Assembly (NCBI RefSeq): GCF_037042905.1
Contig: NC_087248.1
Span: forward strand, 5,704,001 to 5,768,000
DNA: 64,000 nt
Source of the DNA: Lytechinus pictus
Taxonomy: Eukaryota
Direction: 5' to 3'
Shown here piece by piece: positions 25,011-38,000 of the stretch (positions within the stretch are counted from its first letter, which is position 1; each line of letters opens with the position of its first letter). A program made the translations under genes and the position numbers. The notes beneath the pieces are model-generated. The model ran no database searches and was not told the origin of the DNA. It worked only from the letters and a program-made list of their open reading frames with translations.

Positions 25011-27532
25011 ATGTCGAAACCGGATCCTACGACGACATCGACAGCAGATGCCAAGCGATCCCGCCTCTTCCTTATTTGCATTCCAAGGTCCGGGTCGACA
25101 TCACTCCTAAAATGTTTGAGCTTCATTGACGGGCTCGAGGCGTGGTTCGAGCCGTATGTCATCGCGAGAATCGCTCTTCAACTGTACAAGGCAGATAAGG
25201 GGAAAGAGCTACCGACGGACTGGAAAGAAGAGTACCGAGCCGAGTTTGACCACGCTGCTCAGATAATACATGAAATTAATAATCTACCCTTAGTAGAAGG
25301 ACAGAAATATTCGTAAGTATACAGTGCGTATCAAAAAAAAGTTTACACTTAGAAAAAATCCTGTAAAATTATACATTTGTAATATCCTGAAGATTTTTCC
25401 ACATTTTAACATTGGTACTTTTTTTTTTTTTTTTAAACCCACAAGTGCACACCTATTTACCAATAATGCATATAGCATTTCCATTTATTTGAAAGCAGGA
25501 TAAAAGAGCATTGTAGATTAAATGCCTTGCTCACGGGCGTAGGTGCCGCGGCCGGGGATCGAACCCCGGACTTTCCATGTATAGCCAGGCGCCTTAGACC
25601 ACTCGGCCACGGCACCTCCACGGTACAGATCCATTTAAGCAAATGACGATATAACTGTCGAAAAATATTTCCACTTGAGTGAGCACCACTTACTTTTGAA
25701 AAGTTAGTGAAAAATGATTTGCGCAGAACTTTGAAATAGTTATGCGAATAAAAGTAGACCTTAATCATGAAGAACGTGTTGAATTTAGCTAGTAAAATTG
25801 ATTTGAAGATATCTTTTACCTTTTTAAACTTTTCCTTGCCAAAAATCCTTTGAGGAGTGCATTGCGCCCCACCCCATTCCCCCACACATCGAGGCAATCG
25901 TGACGATATTTGCTTTACACTGAGCTGTGATTTACATGAAATGGCTTAGGCTTAATGATTTTCATTTTGTTAATCATTGTCAAGCTTGGAAAAGGTGTGG
26001 AGAAACAAGTATTAAATAAAAATGAAATGTAAACCCACTTTAAATGATAAAAACTTAGTGAAAAGATGTCTGATATAAACTTTTGTACAGATTTAGTTAT
26101 GTCCTCAGATCCAGCTGGCACAAAAAGGGTAAAGGTTGTGCTTACTAAGTGTTGAAATTTCAATTTGGGTGGCAAATTTGTTACAAAATGCTTGAATGTA
26201 TCTGTTTTATTTCAGTTGACTAAAAGTGCAAGGGAAATGTATGATAAATGTTTCGCAGGGTAAATTTGATTTTCTCCTTCACACAGCGTGAAAACGAGCA
26301 TTTCTGCGCAAACAGATTTCTGCGAGCTTTACAAAAATGGACAGTGCTCACTCAAGTGTAACATTCTGTCAAAACCTTTACTTGCGTTGGATAGATGAGA
26401 CCCAAACCTAAGATTATATGTGTAAAAATTACCCACATGTTTTTTTTTTAATTTCCAGGGCTTTTTCAAAGTGTAATCTTTTTTTGATACGCACTGTATA
26501 GGCCTAGGGATTATTTTATATGAATATACTTTATATCATAGAATATGAACGATATAAAAGGATAATCAATGGCCGTTTAGAATCTCATACGTTTTAAGCT
26601 CTTCAATGTTAATTATCGTGCAGTAACATTCATGAGAATCCTTTTTCAGAAGTCAGACCGACAACCATTGTCAGCTACGTTGGTATTTTGAAAAGAAAAA
26701 CAACAAAAAATGATGGGGATATCATCCAAATAAAATGCAGCTTCCTAAAAAATTGTCCAGCGGTATGTTTGAACATGTTAGGGGTATCTTTTTAAGTTTT
26801 CACTTTGCCAGTTTGCTCATGAAAATGTTTTCTTACAATTTCCCCCATCATAATGGCAGATTTTCGGACCTGAAAAAGTGCCTTGACAATCTTGAAAGCT
26901 CCAAGGTCGTCGTCAAAGACATGGGCGGATCATTCTGTGGTCATCGGAAACGATACCTTCCTTCCCGCGACAGCGGCTTCAGGTATGTCTTCATCATCCG
27001 AGATCCTCAACTTGCGATCTCTTCCTATAGAAGAGCCACCCTGCAAACATCTCTCACCTTACCAGGTCACAACGTTGGCAAAACAGAAGAAAACTTTGAT
27101 CTCCTCGTCGATGATCCCTACTACTCCTCTTCCGGTGGCAATTACTTCAACATCCATGCGGCCTGGAAGTATGTACGAGAAAACCTTGACCCAGACCCGT
27201 TGATCGTAGATTGTGAAGACTTGATGGCCAACCCAAAGCCATACCTACAGAAGATCTGCGAGGTTGGAGGTTTTAAGTTCCAAGATGAACTTTTAAGATG
27301 GGATGCTTCCACCGATATCATCAAAACCTGGAAGAATCCTGGGGGAGTGCCGAAGATGCTGTCAACTGGTCTTAGGTATTTCCATCGAACAGCCATCAAC
27401 AGCTCTTGCTTTCATTTCAGTAAGAAGGAGAAGCCTCCACTCTCCTCTGCAACTAAAGATATACAGAGGGCCGTAGCCGATGGAATAGAGTATTACAATG
27501 AAATGTATGAAGTACGATTTAAGCCTTTATGA
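25011..27532 (+). CDS. P-loop sulfotransferase-like protein D (324 aa). Exons 25011-25312 and 26860-27532; close paralog of C
   Basis: Phase-2 GT-AG intron (TC|gtaagt...ggcag|A). Motifs CIPRSGST, WFEPY, VVKDM, FIIRDPQLAISSY, IVDCEDLMANP. Confidence 0.87.
25322..26496. mobile_element. Tc1/mariner-like non-autonomous element in the intron of gene D
   Basis: TA|cagtgcgtatcaaaaaaaag...cttttttgatacgcactg|TA. Confidence 0.85.
25419..25619 (-). mobile_element. tRNA-derived SINE (family 2) nested in the Tc1-like element
   Basis: Minus strand: ggaggtgccgtggccgagtggtctaagg (A-box), ggggttcgatcccc (B-box), poly(A) tail. Degenerate relatives near 32625-32785 and 49698-49860. Confidence 0.85.
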
Positions 27533-28191
27533 AAATGCAAGGTAACATGATTACAGGTAAATTATCACATTCATACAAAGGAACTCCGTGAACTTTCTTT
27601 GTTTTTAATTGTTGGAACCAATGTCTTAAGAGGTTTTATACAACTTATTGACTATTCATGGGTTACATTTACTTTGTTTCCCTCGAATCCTGAAAAATTT
27701 TAAGTTATGAGTTTTAAGATAATTAGTAAATTAGATTAATTATTGCCATTAATGAAGATTTAACAATTTTCAGATGGACAAAGTATTTGGCCACCTCCCC
27801 CAAACATGCCAAAATAGTAGTAAAGTCTTTGAATGAGATTAAGGGGATAAATCATCATCAACCGACTTGTACTTGTTGTAGCATCATTAGCATTCCCATA
27901 TGAGACACATTACTAACAATCTGTTCTTCATCTGATTTACTTTCTTTGGCATTAAACATGTTAGAACATACCAATTCAGAAATCAAAAGAGCAAGTAGAA
28001 TACGATACATGTATCTGATTTTGTATCATTGATCATGGAAAAATAAAGGATCACTTATAGTGAATAAACCTGTAATTACAATTATCTTTGTAATCATTTT
28101 TAGATCAATTCAATGCTCGTGCAATCAGGTAGCGAAATGATAATATTATAGGAAATATGGGCCTTATGTGTATAAAAACGATGATCGATTT

Positions 28192-28781
28192 CGCATACAT
28201 TCGTAATTCCGAAGCTTCGTTATTCCGAAGGTTCGGATATTCCGAAGGTTCGTATTTCCGAAGGTTCGTATTTCCGAAGGTTCGTAATTCCGAAGGTTCG
28301 TTAGTCCGAAAACGAAATGAGGTTCGTAATTCCGAAGGTTCGTTAGTCCGAAAAAGAAGTGAGGTTCGTAATTCCGAAGGTTCGTTAATCCGAAAACGAA
28401 ATGAGGTTCGTAATTCCGAGGGTTCGTAAGTCCGAAAACGAAATGATTAACGAACCTTATTTCGTTTTCGGACTAACGAAACTTCGGAACAACGAACCTT
28501 ATTTCGTTTTCGGATTAACGAACCTTCGGAACAACGTACCTTATTTCGTTTTCGGATTAACGAGCCTTCGGAACATCGAACCTTATTTCGTTTTCGCATT
28601 ATCGAACCTTCGGAATAACGAACCTTCGGAATAATGCCACAAATGTTCGGATTAACGAACCCTTTTACGTTTTCGGATTAACGAACATCGAGGTATAGGC
28701 AATTAACGTGTTTCAGAATTACGAACCTTCGGAATAAAGAACCTTCGGAATTACGAACCTTCGGAATTACGAAGTGTAACC
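28192..28781. mobile_element. Foldback-like MITE built from ttccgaaggttcg tandem units, 9-bp TSD (copy 1)
   Basis: Begins cgcatacattcgtaattccgaag and ends cttcggaattacgaagtgtaacc; gatcgattt on both sides. Confidence 0.9.
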
Positions 28782-30105
28782 GATCGATTTAACCTTTTCC
28801 CAGAAATGTCCATATCTTGCGTTCCATGAGCAAATATAAATTTATATAAGCATGAATATTCATGAAATTATACAGGAATATGAATGGACGCAATAACGCT
28901 TGTACAAATAAGATCCGAAAATTAATCTGAAATTAGTTAAATGAAAAGAGAATGAAGGCTTGAGTTTATCTTTCATGTATATTGTTTTTAATTGCCAAAA
29001 TTATGTGTCTGCAACATTTTTTAAAATACAATATAAGAAAAAGCGCTATATCAAATATTTTCTGGATTGGAATGAAAATACATGTTGTTGTGTATTTGTG
29101 TGCACGTGGGTGTGTGTGCGTGTGTTTGATAAGAGAGAGATAAAAACAAGGCAAGGGTGTGTGGGAGGTTGTGTATGTGTGTGCATTGTGAATGCTGTTT
29201 TGTTTACATGTTTTTTTTTAAGATGCGCAAAACTTGACTGAGTGTATAAATATATGTTTGTGAGGGTGAATCGGGGTGGGTGTGTGTGTGCGTGAGCGTG
29301 TTTGTGTGTGGGATGGGATTGGTAAGGCTGTTGACATGCTTACATTTGTGTGTGTGAGAGGGGGAGGGGTTGTGTGTGTGTGTGTGTGAGTTGGGGGGGG
29401 GGGCGTTCGTTCAGGTCACCCGATGAAAAGTGAAGGGATAGTTACCCACTCCCTTTTATTTACGCCAGTGGATGTCAGTTAAAATAAGTGTTTGTTTTTT
29501 TCGTGTCAACTTTAATGAACAAAAAACTAAACCTTTTCCATTCAAAACATAATACAGAGTAATATACATCAGATACAATTTTACATTAAATCATTGGTGT
29601 TAAATATGGGTTAAGCATTATAATTCAATGAAATCTTTTAAATTCATTTTTTTTTCATTTTCAACAGAACAAAGTAAAGTGGTTGTATATAATTAGAATG
29701 ATAATTGCAAATAAAACTTGTACAAACAATATAGATTGAGGTAGGTACAATACACGATATTTTTTCTGTACGTAAAACAACGTATTATATTTAAGCAAAG
29801 TATCATAAACATAGAGATCTAAGAAGTAAATGCTTGTAGAGTGTAGACCCCTCTAAATAATTATTGTAGAATTGCCTACGAAGACAAACACATAGGTGAC
29901 AGAACAGAGAAAATGGAAACACATACGAGGGATACGAAAAAAAGATAAATAAATAAAGATAAGAGCAGGGCTTCATTGCTGAAAAAAGAGAAAATGAATT
30001 AAGCATGCATAAAATGGTAAATTTAATGGTATGGACATTCATTAAATTCTAGAAACAAAGAGACTCTACATTTTCTTTTGATGTGATAAATTCATTTTGA
30101 ATAAT

Positions 30106-30275
30106 ACACTGTAAAAAATGAAGTGCTACTTTAGCACTTACAGCGCTTGTATAGTGACTGCACTTCGAGTGCTGATTTTCTAGTTTAAATTTGAACTAGA
30201 AAATCGGCACTAGTGGTGCAGTCACTATACAAGCACTGGAAGAGCTAAATTAGCACTTCATTTGTTTACAGTGTA
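30106..30275. mobile_element. Palindromic MITE
   Basis: tacactgtaaaaaatgaagtgct / agcacttcatttgtttacagtgta arms. Confidence 0.75.
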
Positions 30276-32048
30276 TAATCGTCATTTTGAGACACGTAAA
30301 AGTCAACCCCTCCACCAGACCTGTTTTGTCTGTTATTAACGATAAATTCGTAGCCGTCCAGTGCAAATGGAAGGTTAGACTCACTGGATAACCAAGTTTC
30401 CGAAATACCAATTATAGAAAAGGGAAGTTTGGATCGATTATCAAATAATTGGAATTCCTCACTTACTTATATCTTCTAATTTCGAATGCGTTTCATGAGT
30501 TGGGATATTTTATCTATATCTTTTTTTTTGGAATAGGCGCCCTAAAAGGTAATGGAAACCGTCACCCTATATGTCATGTTCAGGAAAACCCTCATAACGT
30601 CCCCTAACCCAGGTTAGCTGGTGACTGCTACATCTAAATCATTAAGTGCCAAATAAGTTTTAAAAATCACACCCTCCACAACGAGCGGATAAAAAGAAAT
30701 CAACAATAGAGGGCAATCTTGCAACGAAAGCAAGAATCGGAATTTACCACTCTCAACGATCATACTTTTGTGCGAGTGAGAGACAAAGGAAGATTAAAAG
30801 TGCCACCCAGATATTCATCTCGTCATGTCTACATCACTATCGTACAGATTCTGGGGGGGGGGGGGTAGCTAAAGGCCCCCCCCCAAAAAAAAAAAATAGA
30901 AAAGAAGAAGGTAAATATATAATATTCTGAATAGTTTTTCAAAATCTATCCACAGGTCGGATTTTTGTACTTAAAATCATCATATTTTGCTCGCTCACTT
31001 CGCTCCCTCAGAACTTTTGAGATTTTTTTTGCTACACCATGGCTGGCCATTCAAAATTTGTGGCACATAACGCTTCTGGTCTACATCCCATAGAAAAGAT
31101 TATTTGATGACAAGATCTCCAATCTCGTCATGTCGAATTATGGTCAGATTACATGATCTAGGATCTCGTCCTGTTTACATCTTGTCAGCTGAAAAGATGT
31201 AGACATGACGAGATCGAAGATCTGGCCATCTGATCATCTCTTTCACATGATGTAGATATGATCATCTCTTTTAAAAGATGAAGACATGATGAGATCTAAA
31301 GATATAGGTATCTCATCAACCCTTTTAAAGGATGTTTGCATCTGGTCATTTCCCTAAGGAATGTATACATAGAAGCTTGTCTAAACTTCTGGGTAACATC
31401 TGTAAGCTTCAATAAGAGACCGACAGTACATTATACAAAAAAAATAAATATTTTGAGTGATGGAGAGAAAGGGTAAAGGGAAAGTGGTGCCTCTTGACTT
31501 TGGTCATGAGAAGTCGTTACCAATGTAGACCTGTTTACGTTTTTATAAAATAATTTTTCAGCCAAAATACCACCATCCATTTATGAATAGATATATTTGT
31601 CCTACGTTAAGGTTTAACGCTGAATATGGTATTGTTGAATGTTTGTTCTGGTTCTTTTATGATTCTGTAGCTGTGTAGATAAAGAGGCCATGATAAGGTC
31701 CTATATGAATCTTTGAATTCTATGTAATTTCATTAATCAACCCACGCAAACAAACTGAATAACAAGTTGAACTACTATGGAACCATATTGAAAATATCAA
31801 GGACAAGGTCGGGAACTCCATGCCAAAAGCTTGTTCTGATGTTTGTCATTGACCTTGATACGATATGACAACGTAAACATAATCATGGAAAACAAACGTG
31901 CAAACCGGTGAGCTGCCTGGACGCCAATTTAAATGTACATTGGGTTCAGGATGATGAAGGGTTGGCAAAATTTAAGCCTCTCCTTTTAATCCTACATCGT
32001 TAATCTTTGACGGACCTTACCTTATATCTCGATCCATCTGCTGCAACC

Positions 32049-35000
32049 ATGGCTGCCAAGGACCATGTTGAGGAGATGAAGGAACTTACGAGCGGTGTGA
32101 CTGAATTGATTGGTGAGTTTTGGCATAGTTTAGAGGATCTGTCACCAGCAGGATCCACCGAACCAGGCCATCTTCTTGATCAACTTCCCCTGGAAGCTCC
32201 TCAACATCCTGATAAATGGCAAGATCTATTGGATGATGTCAGGAAGATGATCATTCCAAACGTAAGTTGGCTTATGCTACCAACCCCGTTCTCTCTTTTT
32301 AAAAATATTTACTCTTTCTGAATCTTACGTTTCTCATCGATTTTTTTCCTTCTGAGCTCTATCTCTCTTTTATACACCCCACACATCAGGACCACGCAGT
32401 TGGTGCAAGGTCTTCCCCTGAAAGACTACATAATAAAATCGCAGACTGTCGATCATTTGACTTGAAAAACTTACGTGAATTTTGTGGCTTGTCAAAATTT
32501 CGAGGAGGAACATGTCCATCTATTCTTCCTCCAACGTTGACAGTTTTCGTTGTTTGTTTTACAGTAAATCTCCCAAAAGCTATACTGTCTTGCACCCGCC
32601 CCCACACACCCGCGCGCCCTCACATTTTTTTCAAACAAGTCCATACCGAATTTCCGAGAATGCATGTAGCATTTCCATTTATTTTAATGCAGGATAAAAC
32701 AGCACTATCGATTAAATACCTTTCCCACGGGCATAGGTATCGTGGCCGGAGGTCGAACCCCCAGACTCGGCCACGGAGCCTCCACACCTACACCTACCCG
32801 ACACACACACCCATACACACACGCACGCAAACACCCTCACGCAACCAAACACATACCACATCTATAAATCAAAAAGTTCACCCACAATGTATACCCCCAG
32901 AAATGTTGGCCCTATATTGTGAAACGGATGAAATTTTACTAATTTTAACAATAATAATATTCATTATCGTGTATAATTCTTAAGTATACATATTTTGCAT
33001 ATTTTTGTGATATCTAATGCTTTATCTTGCAAAACACCAGTTTATGTTTATTTAGATGTCTAACCTTCGATGAGTCAGATAATTAATGTGAACAGACAAG
33101 GTTATGTGGATTTTAACCTGTTGAGATTCTTCACTTCTTTTACAAATACTAATTTCAATGACTTTCACACTCCAAATGTTATGGATTTTGAATAAAACCA
33201 GGCTATAGCAAAGAAATGATCAAATTTTGGAAACACTGTTATTGTAATCCTAAAGATTTATTTAAATCACCAAAGGTTTTCGATTTCCCCTAACTACGGT
33301 CGATCAGGAATTATATTAAATCCATTGGATTGTAATTTGATTTTTTTTAAAATCATAGATGCCTCACCTATCGAGTCCTAATTATCATGGATATGTGGAG
33401 ATTGGAACATCTGCTCCATGTGTGGCGGCAGCCCAACTTATCGCTGCTTTGACCTCGCCAACATGTACTTGGGTAAAATCTTCACCTTCATTTATCTTTT
33501 TAATACAAATAGATCAAGCTATCACGGACAGGTCAATGATCTTAACTTCTAACGTTTTTATATGTAATATTGTTGTCAGCTATCATTTATAGATGATAGC
33601 TCGTAAACACGTCGTATTTGTCAAGGAGGGGTTCAAGGTCTCGTGAAAATCTTACAGGTTAAAAACTAGCTGAAAATCAAATAGACATAACCCATTTCCG
33701 ATTAAATTATATTCAATAGATTACGTGAAAAACTGTATTGTAATGGAGGTTAAATAAAAGCTGGCATTTTTTTTTATTTCATTTTTATTTAAACAATATT
33801 TCAATAGGGTACCCTTTCAGCAGAAGCTGGTATCAAAAGGGGCCCTAAAAACATAATGACAAAACACGTATATACAAATGATAAAAATATACAACGTAAC
33901 ATACGTAAAAACATTATATAAATCATACATATTAGAACATAGAAAGGGATGGTAAGTTGGAGTCATTTAAATATTTGTAACACAGGAACCATTGACATTT
34001 TAACATTTGCTGAACATAATATATGATTTGAGTTCTTTTTTAAAACTAGAGAGGGTGGATAGAGTTTTAAAATGAAGGGGCAAGGAATTGAATATTGATA
34101 TTGAGGAGATAATGAATGATCAGTTTTAGCATTCATTATTGCATTTTGGGGCATCGAGTTGTAGGTTGGAGGCAGGTCTTTTATTTAGGTTATGTTTTTC
34201 GGATACTAATTTAAAGTTATTATAGAAGATAAATTATTTAAACTTTTAAATATGAATATACATGGGTTTCTAAATATCGTACATTATTCCTGAAATTTTG
34301 GAGGGAGCTGAAAAATCCTAATTAAAAAATACTAATTTCTTATGGTTTGTAAAAAATACAGATAGGTGAATGTGGAATGAATACGTGAAACCAAAATGTT
34401 GATGAATAAAAATCCCCATAACGTTTACGATAAAGTATGACTGTATGCTTCCCATCCCGCATCGTCATAATGTAAGCATGGTTTGACTCCTCCCTGAACA
34501 TGTTGAATTGTCATTGTAATGTTGTTGTATCCTGCTGTGATTCAAGAAAGAATGTTTTCTTCAATACTTGTCAAACAAAATGTTATCCTTTGACTTCATT
34601 CAATGCAGCACGTGAATGGAACTGGAACAGAGCTTGAGATGCGAATGACAGATTGGTTAGGTAGAATCCTGGGACTTCCTGATCAATTTCTATTCAGTTC
34701 AGGCATAGGCAATGGCGGAGGTGTTATACAGGTAAAAGAGGATAGTGTTCAGCTGACTCCAGAGGAGCGTTTCATGGAAGGACTTGTCAGACGTGTTATC
34801 CGACAAGTCCTGTTTTATCCGACAGTTACCATAGGAACAGTGCTTCTCAGCCAATCAAATCCAGGAAAGTTGTCAGATCTGACAACCTTTCAGATGAAAA
34901 TGTTGATGAAACGCTCCTCAAATAGATGAACTCTATCTAGTATATCAACAAACTACATTGACGAATGTGAACAAGAATATATATTCTGCTATGGTCAGAT

Positions 35001-38000
35001 GGTATCCCACTCTAAACACATGTTAGTCAGATTTGAACAGACGGAATGTTCCCCTCGAGCAGGAGTATAATTCTAGTCAAAATTGACAAGATTGTAGAAA
35101 GAATGACCCCAATTCTAGTCAGCGTGGACAAGGATTATGAAAAAACAATGCTAGTAAAAATCAAAATATCATGCAAATGAAATTGATCTCTAGATTCCTG
35201 GAAAATGACGGTTACTTTTTTGAGGGATACTACGAAGGATTTTTGTTTTCAATTGTCATGATTATACAGAATGTAAAAGATGTCGAAATAGACTTGATCT
35301 TAGATGGCACATGTGTGTAATTACGTAACCTAACAACGATGATCTAGATTTTATATTAAATTTATAAACATACGGCGATGATGATTCTTATATTGATAAA
35401 ACTATTTTCACCTCAAGGGCACATTTCATGTTGAATGAACTCTTTCAAACAATCCTTTGAAAATGTCCCATTCGTCCTTTTTGTTTTCTTATGAAGGAGA
35501 GTGCGAGTGGCAGTTGTATTTTGATGCTTGTCGCTGCAAAGAGACGTGTCCTTGACAAACTGCGTCAGACAGATAAAGATTTAGATCCATATGATGTCTC
35601 GTCTAAGTTCGTTGCTTTAATGAGTGATCAGGTAACACATTTATGTATTCTTTATCTATTAATCCATACAGTATACATCTACACAGAAAGAGAATTTGGG
35701 TTAAGTAAAGTATAAGTAGTACAAAATCGCAGTTGGCTGCTTTATTGAGTGACCACGTAACTCATTCGTGTATTATTTATCCAAATCGGGCGGCGAAGTT
35801 TTTGCGACAAAGAAAAAAAAAGAGAAAAAGAAAACAAAAATTGAATGAAAAGGGTGAAATGTTTATATCACTTGTTGAAAATTATGTCGAAATTTGTTTT
35901 ATAATTAGGTTTTCATTATCAAACATGTCAAAGGTCAAATATTTCGCTACCTCGCCACTTTTAATAATTTTCCTAAAATATGCCATGTCCTACCGATACG
36001 CCACAACGATCAAAGATTATGATCCAACGGGCAGTGCTCATTTTTTAATAAAAACAATGAAAATTAGGGGTATTACTACTCAAATATCCAGCCCAGTCTT
36101 TCCAACTCTCTTTCTTTGTCCTTTATCTTCTTTCATGGTCTTTCCCTCTCTTTTATTAGCCACCATGATTTGTTGTAATAAGTCATATCTTGTGCAGGGA
36201 TCTACACTCGAAATAAAAACCGCTCGTGCTTGATATCAAACCTCGCCAAATATCATGGAGATTCACATTCAAAACTGCAACATGTTAACAAAATTGATAG
36301 AAAACCACAGGTTTAGATTAAAAGCTATAATCTTTTGTTTATTTAATCTCCTTTTTAGGCTCATTCTTGTATCGAACGTTCTGGGTTTGTAGCTGGGATT
36401 CGAACCCACATCCTACCAACCGACGAGACAGGATCACTCAGAGCTCAGGCTCTTCTTGATGGCATAGCTGAAGTCAAATCACTAGGAAGGAAACCCATTT
36501 TTGTAAGTTGATATTTCATTAATGATATCCCAATTTATATTTACAATCATCTTATTTTTAAACTTGATTGTCTACAGGGATAGCTATATAGGGTCGTGGT
36601 GGTAATGGTTTGTTTGTATTTATTTCCATTTAAAACAAAATATATACATGATTAAAAAAGAAAAATCGTCATATAAAATATGGAGGATTGCCCATTGCAG
36701 CGGTATTAACATAATACCGCTGTTTCTCCATGTGGTCCTTTGCAACGTAAATACATGTTATAAAAAAATATTTATACACAATACATAATCAAATACATTA
36801 CAAGAAAAAAATGCAAAGACTAAAACTAAATTATGGTTAAAAATATCCCAGTATTAATGGTGAATATGAATCCTGATGGAAATAGTATACAATTTGACAA
36901 TTTGAGTGAAATTGTGACTGTCTTTCTATAAATTCTGGCGAATTGAGTGTTTTTGTCAGAGATTAATGCAATATAACGGCCAAACATTATGTTCAGATGC
37001 CCCGCTCCCTAATATAACACTCGGCGTTAAAAACACTGCGCCTCAGTTATTTCATAAACACATCAACTGTCGTACTTTTCATGATCCATATTTCTCTAAT
37101 TTTTATTCCGACAAAACTAGCTCGGTGTTACCCTAGGGTCGACAACAACTTTGGCTTTCGATGCTCTAGCAGAATTGGCTCCTATATGTGAGTGCTTTCA
37201 CAAGATCATTATTTCGTTATTCATTTAGGACAGCCTTATCATCATTTATTCTTCATAAACTAGGGTTTTGCCTGGGAGTTTAACCGGCCGTTACCATAGC
37301 AATAGTCAGAAATCTATGCATCTCGGCCAATCAAAACCAAGGAAAGATCTGACAGATCAGATCTGTCAAGTTGTGGGACGGTAAATGTTGATAAAACGTT
37401 CTCAGTGTCCCCATTCACCATCATCATCATGCTGCTATGCCAGGCAGGCAAGCCCTTTTTTCGTATTTTAAATGATTAGTTATCATGCCGTGTTTATTTG
37501 TTCTTCAGGTAATGACGAGGGAATATGGGTCCATGTAGATGCTGCCATTGCTGGCTCTGCCTTTCTTTGTCCTGAATTCAGACATCTGATGGCTGGGATT
37601 GAGGTATTAAACTTTCTCTTATTCTGGAAAAGATTTTAGATAGCAGGGCTCCCTTGTAAAGCAGGCCTTTGGCTTGATTGGGACTACCCTGCTTTTTATG
37701 AAGAAAACATGAATAAATAAATAAATAAAATAAATAAATCACGAAAACATGGCCGATTTTGACATGATCGCACAACTGAAATCGGGAAATCCGTATAATA
37801 GTGAAAGTCCTAATAACATCACGCTTATCGTAATATCTGCTCAATCCACCATAGTATTTGGCCTCTGTGATAAAACAAAAAAAATATGTAAATAAAAATA
37901 TCCGTTTCGTGCACATTCGTATGATTGGAACATTCATTTAGGAAGGGCCGAATGGTTACTGCGTAGGAGTATCATCAGAGTATATATTTCTTTTTAAAAA

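Noticed and set aside
25540-25619. tRNA gene (also near 49698 and 62910-62980)
   Set aside because: A/B boxes continue into SINE bodies with A-rich or (ATT) tails and occur in several diverged copies; no convincing cloverleaf.
21823-27399. Conserved antisense 85-aa ORFs (21823-22080 and 27142-27399)
   Set aside because: Shadow frames of the duplicated sense exons; the substitutions are mostly synonymous in the sense frame.
28192-28781. CRISPR-like array or repetitive protein ORFs (RNSEGS / RTNEPSE), also at 41322-41837
   Set aside because: No unique spacers or cas genes. Fixed termini, mirror symmetry and 9-bp TSDs identify a transposon, and the ORFs are by-products of the repeats.
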